A stretch of DNA of 64,000 nt, from contig CBDBZU010000004.1 in the NCBI GenBank assembly GCA_965213625.1, forward strand, positions 352,001-416,000, given 5' to 3'. Position numbers and translations under genes: made by a program. Origin of the DNA: a bacterium (GTDB taxonomy: Bacteria; UBA8248). Within the stretch, counting starts at the first letter, position 1; the number at the start of each line of letters is the position of its first letter. Of the stretch, positions 20,172-30,493 are shown piece after piece. The notes beneath the pieces were generated by a model that was not told the origin of the DNA, searched no databases, and saw only the letters and a program-made list of their open reading frames with translations.

Positions 20172-20648
20172 CTAACTGAAGAGGCTGCCCTCGGGCAGCG
20201 CCAGCTTGAAGGCGAACCAGAAGAAATAGTTCACCACGAGAGGAAACAGAATCGACATCGCCGCGACGTAGCGCCAATCGCGCGTGCCCATGGACACAAC
20301 AAGGATTGCGAGAAAAACGGGCGTACTCACCAGAAAGCCGAAATACGCCATAGCCTCGACGTAGACGTAGCAAAGAACGAATACGGCGCTGACTTGCAAG
20401 AGCGCCCTTTTGCCCGATATCACCTGCCCGCCCGATTCACTCCGCCTGAGAGCCCCGAACAGGAACATCGCGCTCACCAGCCCGAAGGTGACGACAGCGG
20501 AGGTGGGGAAGAAAGTAGGCAGGAAGACGGCGTTCGAGACTTCTTCGGGGGGAATGGAGTATTGAATCTGCGTGGGAATTATATAGAAAAAGCCGATGAC
20601 GCTATAGAGTATGAAAATGACGGCTGTGTAAATATCGGCTTTCCGCAC
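20172..20648 (-). CDS. tctB: Tripartite tricarboxylate transporter small subunit
   Basis: Multi-TM, P.FFP, GFLVST, C-terminal LPEG; adjacent to tctA. Confidence 0.85.
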   Translation of the reverse strand: MRKADIYTAVIFILYSVIGFFYIIPTQIQYSIPPEEVSNAVFLPTFFPTSAVVTFGLVSAMFLFGALRRSESGGQVISGKRALLQVSAVFVLCYVYVEAMAYFGFLVSTPVFLAILVVSMGTRDWRYVAAMSILFPLVVNYFFWFAFKLALPEGSLFS

Positions 20649-20942
20649 GTCCGGCCCTCATCACGGATATGGAATACACGCCGTCCTCGCCCATACCGCC
20701 GAGGATGAGACCTGATTCCTGGACGCTCCTACCACCTTGCATCTTTTCTTTGTATAGGAAAAAGATTAGCAAGAATCGACGCGCGTGTCATCCTGAGACG
20801 AGGCTCGAAAGCGTGTTCTTCGCTACAAGCAGCCCTCTTGAAACGGAATGCCCAAGACGGCGTGAAAGATTACGTCCATTATGGGAAGATGAACCATTCA
20901 TCAGAAAAACCCCGGAACACGTATCCGATGAGGAGTCATTCC

Positions 20943-21596
20943 ATGTCCAGAGTTCCGTTGCTCGGCAGGGAGGGTGCGGAAGGCGAGATCGTACGCACCT
21001 TCGACATCCTGAACAACTTTCAGCGCAGGCAGGTCAATTCCACCCGGGCAACGGCGCACTCCCCGTTTTTGGCGCGCATCTTTTATCCGCTCGTCCAGAC
21101 CCTGATGCGCGAGGGGCTGGGCACCGTTCTATCTTCGAAGATCAAAGAGATCGCCGTCATCAAGACCAGCCAGATGAACGGTTGCGACTACTGACTCGCT
21201 CACAACACCGCTCTCGGCCGTGTGCTGGGAATCACGGACAATCACGTCGCCGCCATCGGCTCGGACGACTATATGGATTCACCGCTCCTGGAACCTAAGG
21301 AGAAGGCGACCGTCCTTTGGGCCGAACACGTCACGCGCAACACCGCCAAGTTCCGGGACGACGTGGCCGAAGATGTGCAGAAACATTTCACGGACGCCGA
21401 GTTCGTGGAGCTCACCTTCGTCATCAGCTATTTCAATATGCGAAACCGCTACCATGATTCTCTCATGCTGCCGAACGACGAGGCGGAAATAGTCGAGGAC
21501 GTGGGCCGCCTCCGGCCCGACCCGGCGAAACTCAAAGCTTATCTGCAAGAAGTTTTGGACAACTGGCCGGACGCCTTCCCCGAACCCAACGAGTAG
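20943..21596 (+). CDS. AhpD/carboxymuconolactone decarboxylase family protein with probable selenocysteine (CDYU)
   Basis: ORFs 20838-21194 and 21222-21596 share a frame; read-through gives KEIAVIKTSQMNGCDY-U-LAHNTALGRVLGIT; AGGAG RBS before ATG 20943. Confidence 0.85.
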
Positions 21597-21634
21597 GAAC
21601 ATCCATGAACCACGCCAAAGAGGAGAAGCGATAA

Positions 21635-22360
21635 ATGGACCAAGGAATCTGGGCTGTATGGTACGACCTTCCCGAAGAGGACGCGGATGAATACATTTCC
21701 TGGCTTCATGAGGTTCATATACCCGAAGCGCTCGGGCGTCCGGGCTACCTGTGGGCGGCGCACGTGAAGAACATCGTCACGCCAGAACGTGAGGAGCGAA
21801 TCCGGGGAGTCGTCCACCACACGGACGACGCGAGCGTACCCACCGGGGTTCAGTACCTGATGCTCTATGGCGCACTGACCCCCACCGTTTTCCTTGATCC
21901 GAGCCCCGAGCAGATGGCGGAGAAGATGGCGGCGGATGACCGGAAAATGCTCGGGCGGCGGTTGAACGCGCGCTCTTGCGTCTTCATGGAGCACAACAGA
22001 ATCAACGGCCCCGAGTTCAAGACCCGCGCGCCGGGCATCACGCCGGGTCCGGGAATCCAGTTCGGGACCTTCAACATCAACGCCGTGGAGAACGAGGACG
22101 AACTCGGCTGCTGGTACGCCCAGGTGCGGATGCCGCGCCTGACGAGCATGGAAGGCTGCGTCGGCGCGCGGAATCTCGTATCGGTCTCCGGCTGGGCGAA
22201 GCACGGGATTCTGTATGAGTGGGTATCTCTGGAATCGCTTCAGAAGAATTTCACGACGGAAAAGATACCCCGCTCACGCCAGGCGGTGAACACCCTCGTC
22301 CACGCGCCCAGCTCCCCCAGTCTCGGCGAGCGCATCTGGCCGTCGGCAGAGGATGCTTGA
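21635..22360 (+). CDS. Two-domain EthD/DUF4286-like protein
   Basis: Two similar modules: EDADEYISWLHEVHIPEALGRPG and ENEDELGCWYAQVRMPRLTSMEG. Confidence 0.6.
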   Translation: MDQGIWAVWYDLPEEDADEYISWLHEVHIPEALGRPGYLWAAHVKNIVTPEREERIRGVVHHTDDASVPTGVQYLMLYGALTPTVFLDPSPEQMAEKMAADDRKMLGRRLNARSCVFMEHNRINGPEFKTRAPGITPGPGIQFGTFNINAVENEDELGCWYAQVRMPRLTSMEGCVGARNLVSVSGWAKHGILYEWVSLESLQKNFTTEKIPRSRQAVNTLVHAPSSPSLGERIWPSAEDA

Positions 22361-22411
22361 ACCAAACCATCGGGATGACGAGAGTCAACAGGCCTCACAG
22401 GACACGGGTTT

Positions 22412-22498
22412 TAGTTGATCGAAAACGTGCAAATCGACCCTAATGTCCTATAAGTCATTGATTTTATAGTGTGATTATAGTTGATGGGTAGTTGATGG
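22412..22498. promoter_or_regulatory. IHF-consensus site with TAGTTGAT direct repeats
   Basis: TAAGTCATTGATT (22451-22463) fits YAANNNNTTGATW; TAGTTGAT at 22412, 22478, 22489. Confidence 0.45.
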
Positions 22499-22533
22499 AT
22501 AAAGCGTAGGCGCATAGACAGGGAGCAACCCCC

Positions 22534-23466
22534 TTAAGGCGCCACGACGGTGTTTTGCAGCCTGCCGAGTCCTTCCACCTCGATTTCCACGACGTCGCCG
22601 GGCTTCAGGAACTCGGGGTTCTCCCGCGCGTAGGCCACCCCGCTCGGCGTGCCCGTCATGAGCAGATCGCCCACTTCCAGCGTCGTTCCCAGCGAGAGCA
22701 CGTGCACCAGCGTGGGGATGTCGTGGATCATGTTCGACGTGCTGGACTCCTGGCGAAGTTCCCCGTTCACCCAGGTGCGGAGCATGACGTTCATGGGGTC
22801 GCCGAAGTATTCCTTCGGCACGATGTAGGGACCCATCGGACAGTGGGTGTCCATGGATTTTCCCTTCGCACCCTTGTGCATGCGCTGGCGGTCGCGCGCG
22901 GGCGTATCGTTTCCGTTCGTGTAGCCGAAAATATGGTCGTAGACGTCTTGTTTCTCGATGTTGATTCCACCGCGCCCGATGACCACGGTGAGTTCTCCCT
23001 CATAATCCAGCGCTTCGGTGGCGCGGTGGTGGATGATTCCGCCCCGGTGGGGAAGCAGCGTCGTGTGGGGTTTCGAGAACAGGACGGGATGATCCACATA
23101 AACGGAATCGCGCGCCAGGGTTTTCGCGCCTACGCCCTCTTGTCCGTGCTCGTGGTAGTTCACCCCCTGGCAGTTCACGTTCTTGGGCGGGTAGGGGATG
23201 GGCGGGAGATACTTCACCTCGGCATCTGCCAGAAAACACCCCGCACCCTCTTCCGTCTCCTTGAGCTTCGGGGCCTCGGCGAGCATTTCCTCCATTATGG
23301 GGCGAAGTCTCGCCCACTGGACGATGAGGCCTATCATCGTCGAGGGAAACGGCTCGCCTGGACGGAAACGTGCCGACAGAAGAGGCAGATCTGCCACCGT
23401 ATCTTCTCCTGCCAGCGCGCCGATGCTCCCGCCTCCCCAGACGGTGCAATATGACAGCAACTTCAT
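22534..23466 (-). CDS. Fumarylacetoacetate hydrolase family protein
   Basis: GVNYHEH, LDYEGEL, GYTNGND, KGKSMDT, TGTPSGV. Confidence 0.95.
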   Translation of the reverse strand: MKLLSYCTVWGGGSIGALAGEDTVADLPLLSARFRPGEPFPSTMIGLIVQWARLRPIMEEMLAEAPKLKETEEGAGCFLADAEVKYLPPIPYPPKNVNCQGVNYHEHGQEGVGAKTLARDSVYVDHPVLFSKPHTTLLPHRGGIIHHRATEALDYEGELTVVIGRGGINIEKQDVYDHIFGYTNGNDTPARDRQRMHKGAKGKSMDTHCPMGPYIVPKEYFGDPMNVMLRTWVNGELRQESSTSNMIHDIPTLVHVLSLGTTLEVGDLLMTGTPSGVAYARENPEFLKPGDVVEIEVEGLGRLQNTVVAP

Positions 23467-23497
23467 TTACTATCTCCCAAGAATCCTAAATGAATCG

Positions 23498-23665
23498 TTA
23501 TTCATCCAATACGGCGACCGCCCGCATCGGCCCTCCCGAGCCGTACCTGATTTTCAGGGGAAAGTCGATGAAGCGGATTAGACCCTTGCCGATCAACTCC
23601 TCCAGATTGCACAAGCTCTCTATGCGGGTGATGCCCAACCCGGCCCGAGTCAATACGTGAGTTTC
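23498..23665 (-). pseudogene. C-terminal remnant of a cyclase (kynurenine formamidase-like) gene
   Basis: IESLCNLEELIGKGLIRFIDFPLKIRYGSGGPMRAVAVLDE matches cyclase-family C-terminus; no N-terminal part or start. Confidence 0.7.
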
Positions 23666-25035
23666 GAGAATCCCTCGAACATGTGCGCGAGGAATTTCTC
23701 GGACTGGAGAACCCCCGATACCTGCGTGTATTCGTTCGCCGCGTGCTTTCGCATGGCGTTGCACGGAAGCCCGCCGATCCAGGGCACGCCCAGCTCCTCC
23801 GTCCACAAGGCCACGGGCATGCCCGCCGGATGCACGGGCCAGACTTCCGGGTCCGCGCCCATGTCCGCATGGGCATTCAGGAAGCACTGGATCAGCGGAT
23901 GCTCCAGCGGCGTTCCGCCGCCGGCGTAGTGATTGTTTACGACGAACTCGACGTCGCCGTAACCGCCCTCGGCCAGGATGTTGCGGACGTTCTCGATGCG
24001 CTCATCAGGGTCTTCGCCCGGCTGAAAGCGCATGTTCACCACGGCCTGGGCTTCGGATGGAATGCTGACCTTGACGGATTTTCCCTCGCCGACGAATCCT
24101 GCGTGAAGACCCGTTAGCGTGAATTCCGCCTTGAACAGGTGTGAGCGGACGGCGGCGTGGAAGTCATCCTGCCGGAAGCGCTTGACGCCCAGGCTCTGCT
24201 TCATCCGTTCGGGGTCCATGCGATTGGCGAGCTTTCGGCACAGTTCTTCTTCGGCTTCGCTCGGCGTCCAGCCCTCGCCTTTTTGATAAATCTCCTCCAG
24301 CCTCGCCTGCAGGTAGGCGATCGCCTCCACGATGTGCTCCGCCGGATTGCCTATCCAGTTGCAGTTGAGCGCGTGAATCTCGTTGCCCACCGGCCCGCCC
24401 CACTCCCCAGGACGGCAGAACAGCCTGCCCATCAGGTTGCCCTTGAGGCCGAGCGGAACGATGGGCGTGCCGTCGGTCTGCCCCATCGGGCAGAGCCAGT
24501 AGGCCGCGTTCGCCTTCTGCATCTTCTCCTTGTAGCGCGGGAAGAAATCCTTGATGCCGCCGCTGCCGAGTTCGGACGCCTCGTGGACGAACATAAGATT
24601 GAGCGGGAGCTTCTCGCCTGCGGCGCGCGCCGCGTAGACCGTGTTCATCACGCAGGCGATGCCGGTCTTCATATCCTCCGCTCCCCGGCCCACGATGCAG
24701 GGCCCGAGACCGGCCAGTTCCTGAATCTGAGGGTCGAAAGGAGGATTTATCCAGTTGGGTTCTTCAGCCGGCGTCACGTCGTAGAGGCCGTGGCATAAGA
24801 GCGTTCGCTCGGCGCCTTCGTCTATCAGGCCGTAGACGACGGGGAACTCCGCCGTTTCCACCACTTCCGCCTCTCCGCCGACCTCATTGATCTCATCGGC
24901 CAGCATCCGCGCCATCTCGTCGTTCCCGAGATTGAGCGCGGAAACGCTCGGCTGGCGTATGTATTTCAGGAGACGCTCGATGTGGGCGGATTCGAAATCC
25001 GCCTCGATTTGCGCGATAACCCGTTCGACATCCAT
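23650..25035 (-). CDS. M20 family metallo-hydrolase (DapE/Dug1-like, atypical motifs)
   Basis: RQPSVS, YDVTP, GRGAEDMK, HAANE. Confidence 0.88.
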   Translation of the reverse strand: MDVERVIAQIEADFESAHIERLLKYIRQPSVSALNLGNDEMARMLADEINEVGGEAEVVETAEFPVVYGLIDEGAERTLLCHGLYDVTPAEEPNWINPPFDPQIQELAGLGPCIVGRGAEDMKTGIACVMNTVYAARAAGEKLPLNLMFVHEASELGSGGIKDFFPRYKEKMQKANAAYWLCPMGQTDGTPIVPLGLKGNLMGRLFCRPGEWGGPVGNEIHALNCNWIGNPAEHIVEAIAYLQARLEEIYQKGEGWTPSEAEEELCRKLANRMDPERMKQSLGVKRFRQDDFHAAVRSHLFKAEFTLTGLHAGFVGEGKSVKVSIPSEAQAVVNMRFQPGEDPDERIENVRNILAEGGYGDVEFVVNNHYAGGGTPLEHPLIQCFLNAHADMGADPEVWPVHPAGMPVALWTEELGVPWIGGLPCNAMRKHAANEYTQVSGVLQSEKFLAHMFEGFSKLTY

Positions 25036-25076
25036 CGGAAAACCTCCTCATCCCCCTGGAGGGGAAACTCGAGCTA

Positions 25077-25394
25077 TCAGGGAATCATGAGACCGAGTAG
25101 CGGGCCGTGCTGCTGCGCTCCATACACGTCCCGGTCGCCCGGCGCGCCCGAGGTCGGCCCTTTTCTCGGTATGGTGATCTTGATGGCGTTGGCCGCGTCG
25201 AAATGGACGATCTTCACGTCCTCGGGCGCCATCTTGTAGAGTTCTGAAACCACACCCGGCGTGAGCGCTTCGCTGTCGGCGACGCGCTTGTAGGTCGCTT
25301 CATCGGCGAACAGCAGATCCAGCGTGATGTGCAGGGGGCCTGCGTTCTTGCTTCGCAGCACCTCGGCGAGATCGTAGAGTCGCTCCACCCTCAA
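25077..25394 (-). CDS. DUF4387 family protein
   Basis: LRSKNAGP..TLD, AIKITIPR, DRDVYGAQQH.PL. Confidence 0.9.
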   Translation of the reverse strand: MRVERLYDLAEVLRSKNAGPLHITLDLLFADEATYKRVADSEALTPGVVSELYKMAPEDVKIVHFDAANAIKITIPRKGPTSGAPGDRDVYGAQQHGPLLGLMIP

Positions 25395-26755
25395 CCCACC
25401 TGTGCGAATTCGACTTCGAAGGGCGCTGCGGCGTCTTCGAGCTCCACGAGGTGATAGATGTGAAACTCATACACCGGCCCGCCTTCGAAATCAGACGGTG
25501 AAAACGGGAAGGCGAGGTTCCCGGCGGTGGCTTTTCGACCCTCGAAACCCGAGTGCAAGAACGTGCTCCGTGTGAGGGAGAGCACCGCGTTCGCCGTCGT
25601 TTGATCCTTCGCGATGGCTTCCATCACCACGCCGACCTCCCGGGGAGCGCCCGGCCCATCGGCCGAGGGTCGGCCCATCACGCCGTCGCGCCCGTAGAAG
25701 ATGAAGCGCAGCTCGTAATCTTCTGGCGACAGCGTGCCCCGGACCATGTCCGCCACGGTGTTCTTTACGTTCGCTTCCACCTCGTCGAGGCTCGCCAGCA
25801 GACGCGGGTCCGTCATCCCGGCGACGGCGATGGTGCGGTATCCCCTGAGCCGCACCCCTTCAATTTTGATGGTGGGGGTTTGGGCGGACACGAAACGGCT
25901 GCCGCTCACCCGCACGCGGCGCTCGCTCAGTTGTTCGAACTCGGAGTCTTTGAGGTCGATCATCCCTTCGGGTTCATAGAACAGATAGGGGTCGGGTTGT
26001 TCGTACATCATATGAGCCGCCACGGAATTGGGCGTCACCCGCATTCCCTCGTTCATCGGTTCGAGCACGAAGTGATCCTCGCGCAGCGTGCCCAGAATAC
26101 AGTCGTTCGCCCCGATGGGGAGCGCGCACTGCGCGCCGCACTCGATGATTTTCGCCATGTGGAAGGCAAGTCCGAGGTCGAAGCCGCGCATTGCGGCGTA
26201 AGAGGTATAAATGGCCGTGTCGCAGGAGCGTCCGGCGAGAACGACATCCGCACCGCCTTCCAGAGCCGTCATAAAAGGTTCCAGACCCATTTGGCCCACG
26301 ATGCGCACGCTCTCGTCCACCATCTCCTCGGTGAGCTCGGGGAGCTTGCCCAGGGTACGCGTTCTTTTCTCGTGGACGGCGCGCTTCACGAACTCCTTAT
26401 CCATCTCGGAGCGGATCACCGCGAGCTTGAAGCGGTGCCCGTCGCGTTTCGCCAGCTCGTGCATCGTGTCGAGCACGCTGTCCACGTGGGGATTTCCCCC
26501 CGCCGTCCCGGCGGAGCCGATGATGTAGGGAATTTTCTTCTTTCTGGCGGCGGCCAGCGAATACCCTAAGTCTCTGCGTATCTGTTCGCGCTTGGTGAGC
26601 TGATCGCCGCTGCCGAGATAATAGGGTCCAGCGTCGGTCGAGCCGTTGTCCGCCCCCATGATGTGCGGGTCGCGGGCGAGGCCGTTATCGAGAGAGGCTT
26701 TGGGGAACCCGTATCCGAGATTGCCGCATACGGACAATACCCTGAGTTCATCCAT
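25391..26755 (-). CDS. AtuA/DUF1446 family protein
   Basis: LGYGF, DNGSTDAGPYYLG, GSAGTAG, GQMG, AGRSCD, KIIECG, ATAGNLAFPFSP. Confidence 0.88.
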   Translation of the reverse strand: MDELRVLSVCGNLGYGFPKASLDNGLARDPHIMGADNGSTDAGPYYLGSGDQLTKREQIRRDLGYSLAAARKKKIPYIIGSAGTAGGNPHVDSVLDTMHELAKRDGHRFKLAVIRSEMDKEFVKRAVHEKRTRTLGKLPELTEEMVDESVRIVGQMGLEPFMTALEGGADVVLAGRSCDTAIYTSYAAMRGFDLGLAFHMAKIIECGAQCALPIGANDCILGTLREDHFVLEPMNEGMRVTPNSVAAHMMYEQPDPYLFYEPEGMIDLKDSEFEQLSERRVRVSGSRFVSAQTPTIKIEGVRLRGYRTIAVAGMTDPRLLASLDEVEANVKNTVADMVRGTLSPEDYELRFIFYGRDGVMGRPSADGPGAPREVGVVMEAIAKDQTTANAVLSLTRSTFLHSGFEGRKATAGNLAFPFSPSDFEGGPVYEFHIYHLVELEDAAAPFEVEFAQVG

Positions 26756-26850
26756 GCGAGGCTCCTGAGGCATTTTGAATGGAAGATACTCGAAACCTAC
26801 ACGATCACCCCGCCAGGGCAAAATGCCGCGGAATGCGGGATCAGCACAGT

Positions 26851-27288
26851 TTACGGCTGGACGCGCAGACGCTCGGGCTCGATGATGGCCTCCACCGTTA
26901 TCTCGATCATTGCGTCGGGAGGACCGAGACGGGAGATCTCGATCAGCGTGCTGGCCGGACGAACGTCCTTGAAGTACTTGAAACGCTCATCCGAGTGTTT
27001 GTAGTACTCCATGATGTCGGTAACATACGTCGTGGAGCTTACGATGTCGTTGAACGTCGCGCCCGCGTGAGCCAACCCCTTGCCGATATTCTCGCAAGTC
27101 ACGCGTATTTGCGTGCGCATGTCTCCCACGCCTTGCACTTCGCCGCTCGGCTTTCGGGGCACCTGGCCGGAGAGATAGACGTGGGCGTGGTCAGCGCCAT
27201 GAATCGTCACTACGGGCACGTAGAGCAATACTCCGTTTTCCACGCGGGACCACATGTCGTCGGGCTGCATGAACTGTCTTTGGATCAT
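26851..27288 (-). CDS. RidA/YjgF family protein (lacks canonical catalytic Arg)
   Basis: YLSGQV, PASTLIEISRL, IEI. Confidence 0.88.
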   Translation of the reverse strand: MIQRQFMQPDDMWSRVENGVLLYVPVVTIHGADHAHVYLSGQVPRKPSGEVQGVGDMRTQIRVTCENIGKGLAHAGATFNDIVSSTTYVTDIMEYYKHSDERFKYFKDVRPASTLIEISRLGPPDAMIEITVEAIIEPERLRVQP

Positions 27289-27313
27289 CTTTTCGTTCCT
27301 CTCTGGTTTTCGT

Positions 27314-28129
<816 letters not shown>

Positions 28130-28149
28130 GACACTCTCCTATCGCCGCG

Positions 28150-29010
28150 TTATTCGCGCAGCGTTCCCCAACGCTGAACCGTGGTCAACTCGATGCTCCG
28201 CAAGAAAACACGCTCTACAATCACGCCCAGGATTCCGACGACCACCACGCCGCCGTACATCATATCCGCCGCCAGGAAATCCCGGGCCGCGAAAATCCGA
28301 AAACCAAGTCCCGCCTCGAGGGCGACTATCATTTCGCCGGTCACGACGATGCGCCATGCGCGGCTGAACGCGATGCGGTAGCCCGCGATCAGGTTCGGCA
28401 TCGCGCCCGGAACCATTACCTGGAAGAAAAGCGTCATGCCCTTGGCGCCCATGGCCCTACCCGCGCGGATGAGGGACGCATCCACCGTCTTCACCCCCGT
28501 CCATGCGTTCACCATGACGGTGATCATCCCCTCGAACCAGAGCACGGAGATGAGGGTGAAATCACTCAGCCCGAACCACAGGATAACGATGGGGAACAGC
28601 GCGAGACCCGGCACGGCCAGAAAAAAGTACATCGGCGGCGCGAGAACCCGCTCCACCGTCTTGTTCATTCCCATCACCAGCCCGACCAGCGTTCCCGAAA
28701 CGATGGCGAGAGCCGCCCCGATCAGGAGCCGGTAGAGTGAAACGTAGATGTCGAGCCAGAGGATGCCGGATTTCGCCTGCTTCACCATCGTGAACCAGAT
28801 GACTTCCAGAGGCGGAAAAAGGACGGGATGGAGCGTCCCCGAATGCGCGAGCAACTCCCAGAAGATGAGCAACCCGATGAGAGGCGCCGTCATCTGAAAT
28901 AAAGCTTTACCGGAGTTTCGGAAAACCACGTTCCAGTTCGGAGGCCCGAGTTTTCTCTCTGTCCCCGGCACTGCTCCGGGTTGAGTTTGCGTTTTATCGG
29001 CTGACGCCAC
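28150..29010 (-). CDS. NitT/TauT ABC transporter permease
   Basis: Multi-TM, LFPP, LWFG, RAGRAMGA, GLG. Confidence 0.92.
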   Translation of the reverse strand: MASADKTQTQPGAVPGTERKLGPPNWNVVFRNSGKALFQMTAPLIGLLIFWELLAHSGTLHPVLFPPLEVIWFTMVKQAKSGILWLDIYVSLYRLLIGAALAIVSGTLVGLVMGMNKTVERVLAPPMYFFLAVPGLALFPIVILWFGLSDFTLISVLWFEGMITVMVNAWTGVKTVDASLIRAGRAMGAKGMTLFFQVMVPGAMPNLIAGYRIAFSRAWRIVVTGEMIVALEAGLGFRIFAARDFLAADMMYGGVVVVGILGVIVERVFLRSIELTTVQRWGTLRE

Positions 29011-29025
29011 TAAAAAATTCCTTTC

Positions 29026-30375
29026 TCAGCTTCCGAGAGCCGTAATTCGTCCGCTTCCGAGAGCTTCTATTTGTCCGGGTTCGGGCAGGTTCGCATAGGG
29101 GTCCGGCGCGATGGCGGAGGCGTCACGCTCCCGCATGCACAGGTCCAGCGCCGCGAGGGCGAACATTTTTGTCGTGTCCACCAGCGCATCGACGTGGATG
29201 TGCTCGCCGATATCGGCGTTCCAGCCGTAATCCGCATTAAACGTTCGGCCCGCCAACCCGTACGTGATGGTCTGGATGCCGTAGCGGTTCATGTGGGCGG
29301 CGTCGAGATAGGAAGTCTTTACGATGATGTTGGGCTTTTCTCCCAGAACGTCCTCGTGCGCCCGGATCATCGCTTTGGAAGGCAGCGAATCGACGGGAAT
29401 CCCGGAGGGCGGATGCGAGGAGAACACCTCGACCTTCGCGCCGATGTCGGGTTGCTCCTGGTTGACCTGTTCGATGACTCCCTTGAATTCCGCCTGCACG
29501 TCCTGAATCGTCTGCCCCGGAACCAGGCGAACGTCCACGTAGAGACGGCACTCGATGGGCGAGCGAGCGCAGCGGTAGGGCCATCCGCCCTCGATGGCGG
29601 CCATGTTCACGTGGGGGCGCTCTCCCAGGAACTCGTTGCGGCCCCGGTACTCGGGAATCCACTTCCTGATGGCCGCCTGCACCCGCTCCATGCGCTCGAT
29701 GGCGCTGGCCGTGTAGTCGCCGTAGCACGTATGGCCCATCGACCCGCGCGTGGTGACCTTGAACCAGATCGTGCCCCCGTGCCAGGGCGCTACCTGCATG
29801 CCGGTCGGCTCGCCGAGAATGCAGAAATCCGTCAGATAACCGTGTGAAATAAGATGCCGTGTGCCGACGCCGTAGCCGTCGTAGAGTACGTCCTGGTACT
29901 GGTCGATCCGGTTTTTCTCGATCTCGCCCGCGACGGACGCGAGAACGATGTCGCCCTTGAGCTTCACGCCCGCGTCCGTGAGGGCCTTCGCCGCGCCGAG
30001 GTAGGAGACGTCGGCGCTTTTCATGTTGGCCGCGCCGTTTCCGATAATCCAGTCCCCCTCGCGAATCGCCTTGTTCTTGTAGCCCGGCTGGGTGAGTTCG
30101 GGCTCCTCGCCGGAATAGGAGGTATCCAGATGGCCGTTGAACATCAGGGAATAGCCGCCGCCTGCGCCCGGCGAGATGCCGACCGCGTTGTAGCGGCCCT
30201 CTGCCACCTTTTGCAGATGCGCCTCGTAGCCGGCCTCCTCGTACTTCGCGTGCATGTAGCGGGCCGCCTCCTCCTCATAGCCGGTGGGGCTGGGTATATC
30301 CACGAGTTCCATGGTGGTTTTTATCAGAAATTCCTCATCTACCGCGTCGACGACTTTCTTTTGAAGCTCATCCAT
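29026..30375 (-). CDS. M20 family metallo-hydrolase (ArgE-like, atypical motifs)
   Basis: IPSPTG, NGHLDT, GAANMK, AGEIE, GEPT. Confidence 0.88.
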   Translation of the reverse strand: MDELQKKVVDAVDEEFLIKTTMELVDIPSPTGYEEEAARYMHAKYEEAGYEAHLQKVAEGRYNAVGISPGAGGGYSLMFNGHLDTSYSGEEPELTQPGYKNKAIREGDWIIGNGAANMKSADVSYLGAAKALTDAGVKLKGDIVLASVAGEIEKNRIDQYQDVLYDGYGVGTRHLISHGYLTDFCILGEPTGMQVAPWHGGTIWFKVTTRGSMGHTCYGDYTASAIERMERVQAAIRKWIPEYRGRNEFLGERPHVNMAAIEGGWPYRCARSPIECRLYVDVRLVPGQTIQDVQAEFKGVIEQVNQEQPDIGAKVEVFSSHPPSGIPVDSLPSKAMIRAHEDVLGEKPNIIVKTSYLDAAHMNRYGIQTITYGLAGRTFNADYGWNADIGEHIHVDALVDTTKMFALAALDLCMRERDASAIAPDPYANLPEPGQIEALGSGRITALGS

Positions 30376-30493
30376 GATTCGCGATTCTCCTCGACTCATT
30401 CGATACGCACACAAATCCCCTCACGCCCCACCGGGAGGATGAATCATCCTTCCGGTGGGGCAAGGGGGAAAGTGTTCCGGAATATCTCCCGCC

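Noticed and set aside
13144-21596. Genome-wide UGA reassignment (code 4 or 25)
   Set aside because: Many intact genes end properly at TGA (e.g. 985, 12803, 53918), so read-through must be site-specific
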